Origin: an uncultured Candidatus Saccharibacteria bacterium
GTDB lineage: Bacteria > Patescibacteriota > Minisyncoccia > Minisyncoccales > UBA1441
Assembly (NCBI GenBank): GCA_964477715.1
Contig: CAYZEC010000011.1
Coordinates: forward strand, 1 to 54,568
Length of the DNA stretch: 54,568 nt
Direction: 5' to 3'
Part shown: one piece after another, positions 30,836-39,036 of the stretch
How positions within the stretch are numbered: position 1 is the stretch's first letter
How the letters are laid out: every line of letters begins with the position of its first letter
The notes under the pieces: generated by a model
Databases searched by the model: none
The model's input: only the letters and a program-made list of their open reading frames with translations
Told to the model about the DNA's origin: nothing
Program-made: the position numbers and the translations under genes

Positions 30836-31276
30836 ATGGCCAAAGAGAAGAAAAATAATACCACCGAAACTGATATCCAAAAAATTGTTAATCATTATTT
30901 TTATACTCGTGGACTTTCGCTAGATGAAATTAAAGAAGATGCTAAAAAAAGGAAAATCATTTACTCTCGTTATACTAGACCGGCTAAAGATATTCTGGCT
31001 CTTGCTGGATCTGTAGAAAAAGCTTGCCAGGCCATCACTCGAGTAGCCCATTGGGCCAACTCTCGCAAGCTTGAATATAGTATTGAAACTGTCATGAAAA
31101 AATGGCTAGAACTAGATCAGCTTAATCCAAAAGAAATCATCAAGAAGCCATTCTATAAGAACATGCCCTTGATCTGGAGCAAAAACAAACAAAAATGGTA
31201 TGCGATTAATGATGATGGTGATTGGCTAGAGTTCGTCGGGAAAGAAAAAGAAATTGATTGGAAAATAGTTGAATAA
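30836..31276 (+). CDS. hypothetical protein (146 aa)
   Basis: Clean ATG ORF and the only + strand gene in this neighbourhood. The segment EKACQAITRVAHWANSRKLEYSIETVMKKW only vaguely recalls DnaD/replisome-organiser-type helical domains. Confidence 0.55.
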   Translation: MAKEKKNNTTETDIQKIVNHYFYTRGLSLDEIKEDAKKRKIIYSRYTRPAKDILALAGSVEKACQAITRVAHWANSRKLEYSIETVMKKWLELDQLNPKEIIKKPFYKNMPLIWSKNKQKWYAINDDGDWLEFVGKEKEIDWKIVE

Positions 31277-31278
31277 TC

Positions 31279-32157
31279 TCATATCTCCTCCAGGCAGGCA
31301 TTAAAACTAGCCACTTCTTGATTGTACGCTTCAATCAATCTTTCTGTTTCATGCGCCAATTGATTATATTGATCAACCAAATAATTATATTCAGCTAACA
31401 TTTCTTGATAATAATCTCCTCGGCGTGGTCGAATCTCTTCTAGGGCTTTATACATATTTTGAAGATTCGATTGATCTTTTCCTAATAAATTTTTATTTGC
31501 TTCAACCAGCGATAATAATTCTTCATTAGGACTGCTACAGTCTGATAGAGCGCGTCCAAAAATTTGAACAGCTAACCAAGTTTCGCTCCCCCACATTTCA
31601 CCCACCTGTGTAGCTAAGCCAATTTCTCGATAAGAATCGTTGAGAATATTTTGGCGATGACCAGGACTATTCATCCATCCTTCAACTAAATTCTGTTCAT
31701 CCGCAAAATTGCCTAAAGCTAAATTCTCTCCTATCAGAATATATTGATAACCGGCTCGCTCTACCGAAACTTCGATTCCATTCCCTTCAGGTGATTCGTG
31801 TGCAAAATATTGCCCTCGGAACATATCTTCTAATTTCAATTGTGCAGCACAATCTAACAAATCATTCCGCATCAATGGATCTACCCCATTGCTTAATCTT
31901 TGCTGATTAGTTAAATTCCAAATAATATCTGAATCTAAAAATATTTCTAATTGGTTATTCGAAGAATCCTCGATAATCAGTGGCTCGGTCGGCCCCATCA
32001 AACCATTTTGGATACTGACTAAATCTGGCAAGTCGACTATTTCTGTTAGAAAAGAGAAACTCGGAGGCCCACCCATGGCATTGAAAAAATGTATTAATAG
32101 AAAAATAATTGAACCAATACACAAAGCAAGAAGTATTTTTTTACTTAATTTATTCAT
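31279..32157 (-). CDS. secreted/anchored CAP (SCP/PR-1, YkwD-like) domain protein with C-terminal coiled coil
   Basis: N-terminal TM/signal (ILLALCIGSIIFLLIHF). CAP core GYQYILIGENLALGN...GWMNSPGHRQNILNDSYREIGLA. Confidence 0.75.
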   Translation of the reverse strand: MNKLSKKILLALCIGSIIFLLIHFFNAMGGPPSFSFLTEIVDLPDLVSIQNGLMGPTEPLIIEDSSNNQLEIFLDSDIIWNLTNQQRLSNGVDPLMRNDLLDCAAQLKLEDMFRGQYFAHESPEGNGIEVSVERAGYQYILIGENLALGNFADEQNLVEGWMNSPGHRQNILNDSYREIGLATQVGEMWGSETWLAVQIFGRALSDCSSPNEELLSLVEANKNLLGKDQSNLQNMYKALEEIRPRRGDYYQEMLAEYNYLVDQYNQLAHETERLIEAYNQEVASFNACLEEI

Positions 32158-32186
32158 AATTATTTTAATAATACATTAAATAGCGC

Positions 32187-32214
32187 TTGACATTTAATAA
32201 TATTATTTTAAAAT
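32187..32214 (+). promoter_or_regulatory. sigma70-type promoter of the GC-rich mini-cassette
   Basis: TTGACA (32187-32192), 16-nt spacer, TAAAAT (32209-32214). Confidence 0.5.
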
Positions 32215-32236
32215 TATCCCTAAGGAGGTGAACCAT

Positions 32237-32440
32237 ATGCCCATAAAGGTGGACCGGGGTACGGCGCAAGCTCTTCTCGAAAGAGCTCGAACTGGGAGCA
32301 TCACTGCTCATGTCATAATCAATCGGACCGAAGAGCCACCCTTTGGAATGGTGACCCTCTCTTTTGGAGTCACTGATCCAGAGAATAGACTGACGGGTAA
32401 AACCCCTGACGCCCAGATCAAACATCTGAGCAAGGGCTAA
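32237..32440 (+). CDS. 67-aa hypothetical protein in a GC-rich island (alternative: structured ncRNA spanning about 32221-32481)
   Basis: AAGGAGGTGA lies 6 nt upstream of ATG 32237. ORF: MPIKVDRGTAQALLERARTGSITAHVIINRTEEPPFGMVTLSFGVTDPENRLTGKTPDAQIKHLSKG. It stops 15 nt before a terminator hairpin. I do not recognise the family. Confidence 0.45.
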   Translation: MPIKVDRGTAQALLERARTGSITAHVIINRTEEPPFGMVTLSFGVTDPENRLTGKTPDAQIKHLSKG

Positions 32441-32455
32441 TTCTCGGATACTCGT

Positions 32456-32481
32456 AGGGCGCTTCAAGCAAGAGGCGCCCT
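32456..32481 (+). terminator. rho-independent terminator of the mini-cassette
   Basis: AGGGCGC-12-nt loop-GCGCCCT followed by TTATCATTTT on the + strand. On the - strand there is no U-run after it. Confidence 0.5.
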
Positions 32482-32484
32482 TTA

Positions 32485-33180
32485 TCATTTTCCGAATTTT
32501 CGATGACGCCTACCATAATCTCTTAATGCTTTTTTTAGATCTCTTTTATTAAAATCTGGCCAATATTTTGATAAAAAATACAGTTCAGCATAAGCGACTT
32601 GCCAAAGTAAAAACCCTGACAACCTTCTTTCCCCTCCAGTTCTGATAATAAGATCAACATCTGGTAAGTCAGCGGTCCAAAGATTTTGTTCAATTTCGTT
32701 TTCTGAAATTTCAGTTTTTTCTGAATTGTTTTTTATTATCTGGTTAAAAGCATGGGCTATTTCTCGACGACCACCATAATTAAAAGCTATTATCAAATTA
32801 ATTCCATCATTTTGCTCTGTGCTTCGTTCTGTTCGTATAATTTCTGATTTTAATTTATCACTTAGACTATCCCTTTCTCCGATAAATTTAATTTTGATAC
32901 CTTCGGTTCCAAACCATTCTTTTTCATTTTTCATTATTTTAAGTATCAAGCCCATCAAACTCGAGACTTCTTCTATCGGACGACCCCAGTTCTCTAAGGA
33001 AAAAGCAAAAACCGTCAAATATTTAATCCCCTCTTCTTTAGCCCAGACAATTGTTTTTTTCAAAGTCTCAGCTCCTGCTTCGTGCCCCAAAAAAGAAGCC
33101 TTGTCTTTTTTTCGAGCCCAGCGACGATTACCATCCATAATAATTCCCATATGAACTGGCGGATCAAATGTCTTTCGCAT
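32485..33180 (-). CDS. uppS: undecaprenyl diphosphate synthase
   Basis: GIIMDGNRRWA and RTGGERRLSGFLLWQ. 231 aa. Confidence 0.93.
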   Translation of the reverse strand: MRKTFDPPVHMGIIMDGNRRWARKKDKASFLGHEAGAETLKKTIVWAKEEGIKYLTVFAFSLENWGRPIEEVSSLMGLILKIMKNEKEWFGTEGIKIKFIGERDSLSDKLKSEIIRTERSTEQNDGINLIIAFNYGGRREIAHAFNQIIKNNSEKTEISENEIEQNLWTADLPDVDLIIRTGGERRLSGFLLWQVAYAELYFLSKYWPDFNKRDLKKALRDYGRRHRKFGK

Positions 33181-33273
33181 TTTTTATCAATTAAAACAAG
33201 TTAGTATTTTTTAATGAAATAATTCAAACAAGAAAATATCCCAAATAAATAAGATAACTTTAAATAATTTATT

Positions 33274-33879
33274 TCAATTATTGTATCCCGTTAGAAAATC
33301 AAGGCTTAAATAATCTTTTTTGAGTTTTTCTTTATCTAATTTCAAATCATCAAAGTCAATCAGGTGATCAAGGTAAAAAGACATCCCCTTAATTATGTCT
33401 TTGAAAAGATTGATTTGTTGGTCCAACGTTTTTTGGTTCATCTTGCGCCGAGCATCAGAATCTCGCTGCTCTCCGTTTGAAATAAAAGTACTAATAGAAT
33501 GTCCGTGTAATAATTCATTTCGAATGGCCGAAAAATGAGTTATCTTTTTCAGAATATCGTGATGCTCTTTGGCTTCATTGACACTATTAGAAAAGTCAAA
33601 CTGGGCATAATAAAGAAACATCGCTGTTTTATCTTTAAAATTTATGTCGTCAATTTGATCAATCATCTCAGCCTTATTGAAGAAAAGCTGTGTACGATGA
33701 AGGGCTAAATGACGCAATAAAGCATTTAGACCAACCTCAAGCACTACATGAAGAGCAATATAAAATTCAATCAAATCCTCCTCTCCCAACTCTCTTTGGC
33801 CAATTAGTTTTTGACATTTTTGGCGACGCGAAAGGATCAAATAATTTGATTCAGTTTCTCTTAAAAGAGAATGAGACAT
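33274..33879 (-). CDS. HEPN-motif protein (Abi/toxin-like predicted RNase)
   Basis: 201-aa, apparently all-helical. AIRNELLHGH (R120-x4-H125) fits the R-N-x3-H HEPN catalytic motif. No other recognisable domain. Confidence 0.5.
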   Translation of the reverse strand: MSHSLLRETESNYLILSRRQKCQKLIGQRELGEEDLIEFYIALHVVLEVGLNALLRHLALHRTQLFFNKAEMIDQIDDINFKDKTAMFLYYAQFDFSNSVNEAKEHHDILKKITHFSAIRNELLHGHSISTFISNGEQRDSDARRKMNQKTLDQQINLFKDIIKGMSFYLDHLIDFDDLKLDKEKLKKDYLSLDFLTGYNN

Positions 33880-33882
33880 TTG

Positions 33883-34077
33883 TTATTCGCGATAAATTGC
33901 TTGTGTCGGACAATCTTGGATGGCCTTATCTATGCATTCCTGATTTTTCTCTGAATCATAGCCTTTCTTAATTTCGGCCTTTCCACTACTGATCCCTATT
34001 TCAAAAACATCGGGACAAGAAAGTTCACAACTTCCACAACCGATGCACTTATCTTTATCAATTTTTAATTCAGACAT
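33883..34077 (-). CDS. small 4Fe-4S ferredoxin
   Basis: 64 aa. CIGCGSCELSCP plus a distal DCP cysteine. Confidence 0.8.
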   Translation of the reverse strand: MSELKIDKDKCIGCGSCELSCPDVFEIGISSGKAEIKKGYDSEKNQECIDKAIQDCPTQAIYRE

Positions 34078-34084
34078 TTTAAAA

Positions 34085-34417
34085 TTAATTAATTTTTGTA
34101 CCAGGTTTTACTTTCTCTGATGGTTGCAGCAGAATCGGCGAACCATCTGTTGCTGCTAAGAGCATTCCCCTGCTTTCGTAACCCATCATCATTCGAGGAG
34201 CTAAATTAGCAACGATAACAATCTGTCGTCCAACCAAATCTTTGGGCTCATAAAAAGATTTTATGCCAGCCACAATTTGACGATGCTCGTCGCCTAAATC
34301 AACCTGAAGTTTAATTAGCTTATCCGAATCAACAATTGGCTCAGCTTCAATTATTTCTGCTATTCGTAGATCAATTGCGCTAAATGTTTGGAAATCTATT
34401 ATCTCGTCTGACGACAT
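34085..34417 (-). CDS. tRNA-binding domain protein (CsaA/EMAP/MetRS C-terminal-like OB fold)
   Basis: IDLRIAEIIEAEPIVDSDKLIKLQVDLGDEHRQIVAGIKSFYEPKDLVGRQIVIVANLAPRMMMGYESRGMLLAA. Confidence 0.8.
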   Translation of the reverse strand: MSSDEIIDFQTFSAIDLRIAEIIEAEPIVDSDKLIKLQVDLGDEHRQIVAGIKSFYEPKDLVGRQIVIVANLAPRMMMGYESRGMLLAATDGSPILLQPSEKVKPGTKIN

Positions 34418-34452
34418 GATTATTTTTTTATCTTATTTTGATTTTAGCACGA

Positions 34453-35004
34453 TTATCCAATCAAAACCAATGACCAAATTTTTTGAAAACCTGCTTCTTT
34501 CAACTCCTTCGCCTTTGCTTCGATATCGGGACAGAAAACCAAGCTAACCAATATGGCTGATTTCTCGACAAATCCAGCATGGATTTGATTCTGGCAACGA
34601 TCAGTTAAAGATATTAATTCACTAACGATCAATTCATTCTGAGAAATAAGATCCGGGGGTAAACACGACCATATCTCAGTTGAGGGATTGAACCAAGTCA
34701 TCCAAAAATCACGGCAAGACTCGTTTTTCATTAAAGAAAATAATGCCTTATTAACGAAAAATTGAGAAGGTTGTTTGAGCTCCTTGCGAAACACTTTCTT
34801 GAAGATTCGATCGGTTAAAATATTCTTTTCCCAAACGATTATCAATTGATCAATGTTCTCGCTTCGAATTGGTACCGAACCCACTTCTATCAAAAATAGC
34901 TCGCATTCATTACAAATATATTGGCCCGGTCGCCCACATATTAAGCAGAAAGGTGGAAACAAGACATCATAAATCTTGTTTATCCATCCGATCTTTGCGA
35001 ACAT
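34453..35004 (-). CDS. ComF-like protein with zinc ribbon and degenerate phosphoribosyltransferase domain
   Basis: PPFCLICGRPGQYICNECE zinc ribbon. The C-terminal SAILVSLVFCPDIEAKAKELKEAGFQKIWSLVLIG aligns with the PRPP loop position but lacks the DD..TTG residues. Confidence 0.45.
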   Translation of the reverse strand: MFAKIGWINKIYDVLFPPFCLICGRPGQYICNECELFLIEVGSVPIRSENIDQLIIVWEKNILTDRIFKKVFRKELKQPSQFFVNKALFSLMKNESCRDFWMTWFNPSTEIWSCLPPDLISQNELIVSELISLTDRCQNQIHAGFVEKSAILVSLVFCPDIEAKAKELKEAGFQKIWSLVLIG

Positions 35005-35564
35005 TATTCTAAATCGACTGGATATTTAAGCTTTATCGGCCAAGCCAGAGCATCATCATGCTCTTTTAATCCGCTTGGATTATCTTTAATTAAAACTAGA
35101 ATAGCATCCGAAAGTTTATGATCTTCAGGAATTTCAAAAATGATCTGGAAAGGAATTAATTCGTTCGTCATCCAATCTTCCGAAGTGCTGGCCAATGACC
35201 AGGCGAACCTTTGCCCCTGCCCATTCCAAAGTTCAGCCAAGAAACTGGCCTCAAAAAACCAAGACCCCATAATTTCTCCCTCAATCAATAAATGATTGTC
35301 TTCAACTAATCCGAAAGAATCATTTTCAAAATCAATAGTGGCTCGAGGATCATTAAATGAATATTCAACATATAATAATCCCTCTGGCGTCCAACATTTT
35401 GCTGGATGAGTTGAAATTACAGAATGATATTTTATACAGTCTTCAAAATTATTAATTAAAACGTTTGGAGCCTTGACCGATTTCCAGGAAGCCCAAACTA
35501 TTAATAAAAGAAATATAAAAAAAGAAATTAAGATCGCTTTATAATTTTCTTTAAATAAATTCAT
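35004..35564 (-). CDS. secreted Gmad2-like immunoglobulin-fold protein
   Basis: Signal/TM (AILISFFIFLLLIVWASW). IEGEIMGSWFFEASFLAELWNGQG...EDWMTNELIPFQIIFEIP resembles the Gmad2 domain pattern. Confidence 0.5.
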   Translation of the reverse strand: MNLFKENYKAILISFFIFLLLIVWASWKSVKAPNVLINNFEDCIKYHSVISTHPAKCWTPEGLLYVEYSFNDPRATIDFENDSFGLVEDNHLLIEGEIMGSWFFEASFLAELWNGQGQRFAWSLASTSEDWMTNELIPFQIIFEIPEDHKLSDAILVLIKDNPSGLKEHDDALAWPIKLKYPVDLE

Positions 35565-35620
35565 GCCTTAACGCCTACGGGACGAGAGATTTTTCTCCCG
35601 CCCCGCACAGGCAAGCAACC

Positions 35621-35641
35621 AAAACTGAACCAATCGTTCAG
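35621..35641 (-). terminator. rho-independent terminator after the Lys-rich gene
   Basis: The - strand reads CTGAAC-GATTG-GTTCAG followed by TTTT, 2 nt after the stop. Confidence 0.55.
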
Positions 35642-35642
35642 A

Positions 35643-35831
35643 TTATTTTTTGGCTTTAGCTTTCTTTGTGGTCTTTTTCACCTTCTTTTTAGGTGTAGCC
35701 TTTTTGACAACCTTCTTGACAGCTTTTTTCACTGTCTTCTTGACTGCCTTTTTCTTTGGCTTGGTGACCTTCTTTACCGCCTTAGCTTTCTTTTTTGGAG
35801 AAGCTTTGGCTTTTCGGGCAATAGTAGCCAT
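35643..35831 (-). CDS. Lys/Ala-rich histone H1-like basic protein
   Basis: 62 aa. MATIARKAKASPKKKAKAVKKVTKPKKKAVKKTVKKAVKKVVKKATPKKKVKKTTKKAKAKK, with K(K/A)xVKK repeats as in H1-like/Hc-type nucleoid proteins. Confidence 0.65.
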   Translation of the reverse strand: MATIARKAKASPKKKAKAVKKVTKPKKKAVKKTVKKAVKKVVKKATPKKKVKKTTKKAKAKK

Positions 35832-35877
35832 GGTAAAAGATTAATTAATTTGGCGGCAAATAATTTAAATAAAAAGA

Positions 35878-36570
35878 CTAACTTTCTTCAGCTAGTCTGC
35901 CAACAACGGGATATTTTAGAATTTCTTCCAAAATATGATAAGAATAGAAATCCTCGGTTAATTCTTGACCGGCAAGATGAGAATAATGCTGACCGTCTCT
36001 GAATATTTCTGTATTATCATAAACAATTCCATCCACTGCGACATAAGCGGGGCGGCCTTCTTTGCCATCATAATAAGATAATTCCTTCAAGGTAAAAACC
36101 TTCAAATCAGCAACATCCTCTTGATCATTAACTTCTTCTAACTCTCCTGTTAGTCCGGAATCTAATTCCTGATCCTCTAAGCTATCTATCGTTTCTTCAA
36201 TTATTCCCGGCTCTCCCGCGGGCAAGACGTTCTCGTCGACTCTTGGTTTTGCTTGATAGAAAAGTTCAACGTAAATAAAGAAACCAAGAAATGCTAAGCA
36301 GGCTAAAACTAATATTGCCTTTGATATCTTCCCCCAGATCTGCCATCTGATTAGAGCCATGCGTATTGATAAACCAACGTGCAAAACGAAAGTGATTATT
36401 ATTATTAAGGGAAGCAATTGAATGTGTAATGACCGAGCAAAAGAACTTGAAATTAATCCCTTTGTGAGTCCATAGCCACTGATCATGTAGAGAATAAAAG
36501 CAATTAGAAGAATCCAAGCGGCTATGCGATCAATTTTAGTTAAATATTTTTCAAAACTTTTTCGAGGCAT
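35878..36570 (-). CDS. membrane-anchored cytochrome b5-like heme/steroid-binding domain protein
   Basis: Four N-terminal TM helices and an acidic linker. C-terminal LKELSYYDGKEGRPAYVAVDGIVYDNTEIFRDGQHYSHLAGQELTEDF. Confidence 0.7.
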   Translation of the reverse strand: MPRKSFEKYLTKIDRIAAWILLIAFILYMISGYGLTKGLISSSFARSLHIQLLPLIIIITFVLHVGLSIRMALIRWQIWGKISKAILVLACLAFLGFFIYVELFYQAKPRVDENVLPAGEPGIIEETIDSLEDQELDSGLTGELEEVNDQEDVADLKVFTLKELSYYDGKEGRPAYVAVDGIVYDNTEIFRDGQHYSHLAGQELTEDFYSYHILEEILKYPVVGRLAEES

Positions 36571-36628
36571 TTAAAAATTAAGTTATGTTAATTTTATTTT
36601 AATCTTATTTTAAAAAAAATCTAGAGCT

Positions 36629-37660
36629 TTAATCAGAAATATTTTTCTGGTCATCCTCCTCTCCTTTGATTCGATCAATGATTCGACTTAACTTGCGATG
36701 ACGAACCTGCGCAACTCGACGATATTGTTCAGAAACATTATCGATCTGATTGCCCAATTTATCGAGAGATTGATCAAATTTTTGATATTCTTCTTCGAAG
36801 ATTTTAACTAATTGAATAATTCCTTTTAAATTTTGTTGATACTTAAAAGTTTGATGAGACCAATGAATTGTCCTTAGGATAGCTACAAAACTAAAAGGTC
36901 CCGCCAAGATTACTTTTTGCTTTAAGGCTTCTTGCCACACTTCTCTTAATTTGTCATAAATAAAACTAAAGACCATTTCATTGGGCACAAAAAGAATCAC
37001 AAAATCAGCCGTTCCCTCATCTGGATTAATATAGGAACGACTTGTCACTTCTTTAATTTTTTGGCGAACGTCCGTTGAAAATTGTTTCAGAGCAGCTGTT
37101 TGATCTGTCCCGGGATTAGATTTTTGATATTGCAATAAAGAATTCAATGGGAATTTAACATCAATATTAACTCGACTTTTATCGGGTAATAATAATGTCA
37201 GATCGGGACGAGTGCCGGAGTCGGTCTGGGGATGAATTAAATAATTTTCACCTTTTACGAATCCAACTGCTTGAATTAATTGCTCTGCCACCTCTTCACC
37301 ATATTGCCCCCTCTTTTGATTATTAGAGAGAATATCGTTTAGACTATCGGCTGATAATTGTAAATTTTCTGTTACAACTTTAAGTTGCCCGAAAGTTTCT
37401 GACCTATCTTTCTCGGCTTTTTCTAATTTCTGTTGGCTCTCTTTCAACTGCTGACTTACTTGTTCAACCAAAGTTTTAATATCAGCTTTGCGACTCTCTA
37501 TGTATTGCTCTTCCCTTTTTAACTTCTCTTCAATTACTTCATTGGATCTTTCTCTGCTTTCTTGAAGCAACTCTTTTAATTGTCCTAACCAACGATAAAT
37601 AATTGCTAAAAATAATAAGCCAGCGGAAACAATTAAGGCAATTATTAATTCTTCTGTCAT
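36629..37660 (-). CDS. rmuC: DNA recombination protein RmuC
   Basis: N-terminal TM, long coiled coil, and nuclease-like core RPDLTLLLPDKSRVNIDVKFPLNSL...FVILFVPNE. Confidence 0.85.
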   Translation of the reverse strand: MTEELIIALIVSAGLLFLAIIYRWLGQLKELLQESRERSNEVIEEKLKREEQYIESRKADIKTLVEQVSQQLKESQQKLEKAEKDRSETFGQLKVVTENLQLSADSLNDILSNNQKRGQYGEEVAEQLIQAVGFVKGENYLIHPQTDSGTRPDLTLLLPDKSRVNIDVKFPLNSLLQYQKSNPGTDQTAALKQFSTDVRQKIKEVTSRSYINPDEGTADFVILFVPNEMVFSFIYDKLREVWQEALKQKVILAGPFSFVAILRTIHWSHQTFKYQQNLKGIIQLVKIFEEEYQKFDQSLDKLGNQIDNVSEQYRRVAQVRHRKLSRIIDRIKGEEDDQKNISD

Positions 37661-37675
37661 AAATATTAGACGAGA

Positions 37676-38323
37676 TTAATCTTGTTGAGGTTGATTTAAT
37701 TGGCGATAAACAAAATAGGAATAAATCATTAAAAATATCATCGAAATAAATGGAGGAATAATAACTAAAAATATCGCGATGGAATTAATGAACATCCCAG
37801 CTAAAACCAAGAAGGCCGAAGCCTTAAACATGATTCCGGCCAAACGATGAATTCTTTTCCAAACCCTTCCATCTGATAAAGTCCAGGGCGTGCGAATTCC
37901 AATAAACCAGTTAATCTCAGTTTTTCCCATTAAAGTACCACAGGCATACCATAGAATTGCAAAAGCCGGCATTAGCGCCGTAACTATGTTGAATTGATAG
38001 CCTAAATTCCATAACAATGTGCAGGTGTAAAGATAGAATAGAAAAATTAAAAAACTAATAATCAATAAATCAAAATATTTTCTAAATTTCTCAATGTTTT
38101 TTTTGAGCGGATCAATGTGCAGGAATAGATAAAATAAACTCAGAACAAAAGCGCTAAGCATTGGAATCAAGAAAACTCCCCAGAAACGAGACATCTGCCC
38201 ATCGGCCTGACCCTGAAGATTCCAATGACTATCCATAATAGTGGGCATATATGGATAAATCACAAAAGCAACTAAAAATCCCAAAATAATAATTGCTAAA
38301 AAAGCTACTTTTATCCAATTCAT
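37676..38323 (-). CDS. SdpI/DUF1648-type membrane protein
   Basis: Polytopic. N-terminal MDSHWNLQGQADGQMSRFWG (DUF1648-like), then NWFIGIRTPWTLSDGRVWKRIHR (SdpI-like). Confidence 0.6.
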   Translation of the reverse strand: MNWIKVAFLAIIILGFLVAFVIYPYMPTIMDSHWNLQGQADGQMSRFWGVFLIPMLSAFVLSLFYLFLHIDPLKKNIEKFRKYFDLLIISFLIFLFYLYTCTLLWNLGYQFNIVTALMPAFAILWYACGTLMGKTEINWFIGIRTPWTLSDGRVWKRIHRLAGIMFKASAFLVLAGMFINSIAIFLVIIPPFISMIFLMIYSYFVYRQLNQPQQD

Positions 38324-38325
38324 AT

Positions 38326-39036
38326 TTATTTTTTCATGTAATAGATTCTTTTGTCATTCGGGAATCTCTCTATGGCATATCTTAACATGGTTCGGGGCAT
38401 AAGACGATAATATTTCTTCAGAAATTTTTCTTCTTGAGCCAAGTCTCTTTTCCCGACTTCTCTTAACATCCAACCGACCGCTTTATGAATTAAATCATGA
38501 CTATCATTAATAAGTATTTCCGCTATCTTGAAAGTGTCTTTAAATTCGTTATGACGGATGAATTCAAAAGTAGAGATAATGCTGATTCTACGAGACCAGA
38601 TATCTTTAGATTTAGATAATTGATATAAAAAATCACGGGGTTTATCTAATAAATAATTACCAATTATTTTATATGATGAAATATCTACTAAATCCCAATT
38701 ATTAATATGCCTTATGTTCCTTAAGTAAAGATTAAATATTTTTTCTCTCTTTTCCTGATTTCCTTTTTGATATTGATTAACCAAAATACTCAAAGCTGTA
38801 GAGCGGCATTCATGAATTTTATTTTTTAATAAAGACTCTAAATCTTTGAGAGATAAATTAAAAAACTTTTGAGCAATTATTTTTTGATCAGCGTTATTTA
38901 ATCCTATAAACACATCTCCTTCCCCATATTCTCCTGGGCCAGTTTTAAAAAACCTATGTAAAGATTCAGCTTTTTCTTTATTAGCTGACTTCTCGATTTC
39001 ATTAATTATATTGTTTAAATCCAATTTGCTTTTCAT
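38326..39036 (-). CDS. DNA alkylation repair protein (AlkD-like HEAT repeats)
   Basis: NNWDLVDISSYKIIG...LIHKAVGWMLREVGKRD. 236 aa. Confidence 0.8.
   Translation of the reverse strand: MKSKLDLNNIINEIEKSANKEKAESLHRFFKTGPGEYGEGDVFIGLNNADQKIIAQKFFNLSLKDLESLLKNKIHECRSTALSILVNQYQKGNQEKREKIFNLYLRNIRHINNWDLVDISSYKIIGNYLLDKPRDFLYQLSKSKDIWSRRISIISTFEFIRHNEFKDTFKIAEILINDSHDLIHKAVGWMLREVGKRDLAQEEKFLKKYYRLMPRTMLRYAIERFPNDKRIYYMKK

Noticed and set aside
32221-32481. Tried to assign the GC-rich island to tmRNA, RNase P RNA, SRP RNA or 6S RNA.
   Set aside because: I found no tRNA-like T-arm (GGTTCGAATCC-type) or CCA end, no GAGGAAAGTCC / ACAGAA...GGCTTA RNase P blocks, and no SRP GGAA-tetraloop/AGCA motif. 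At about 260 nt it does not match the usual sizes. It is left unclassified rather than named.
32165-32488. 107-aa ORF on the - strand across the GC-rich island.
   Set aside because: It runs through the + strand promoter and terminator, has no start context, and its translation is low-quality. The + strand reading (or an RNA) explains the signals better.
35650-35844. 64-aa + strand ORF antisense to the Lys-rich gene.
   Set aside because: It is a mirror image of an AAG/AAA-rich repeat (it gives F/L/T-rich nonsense). The - strand gene has an ATG and a terminator.
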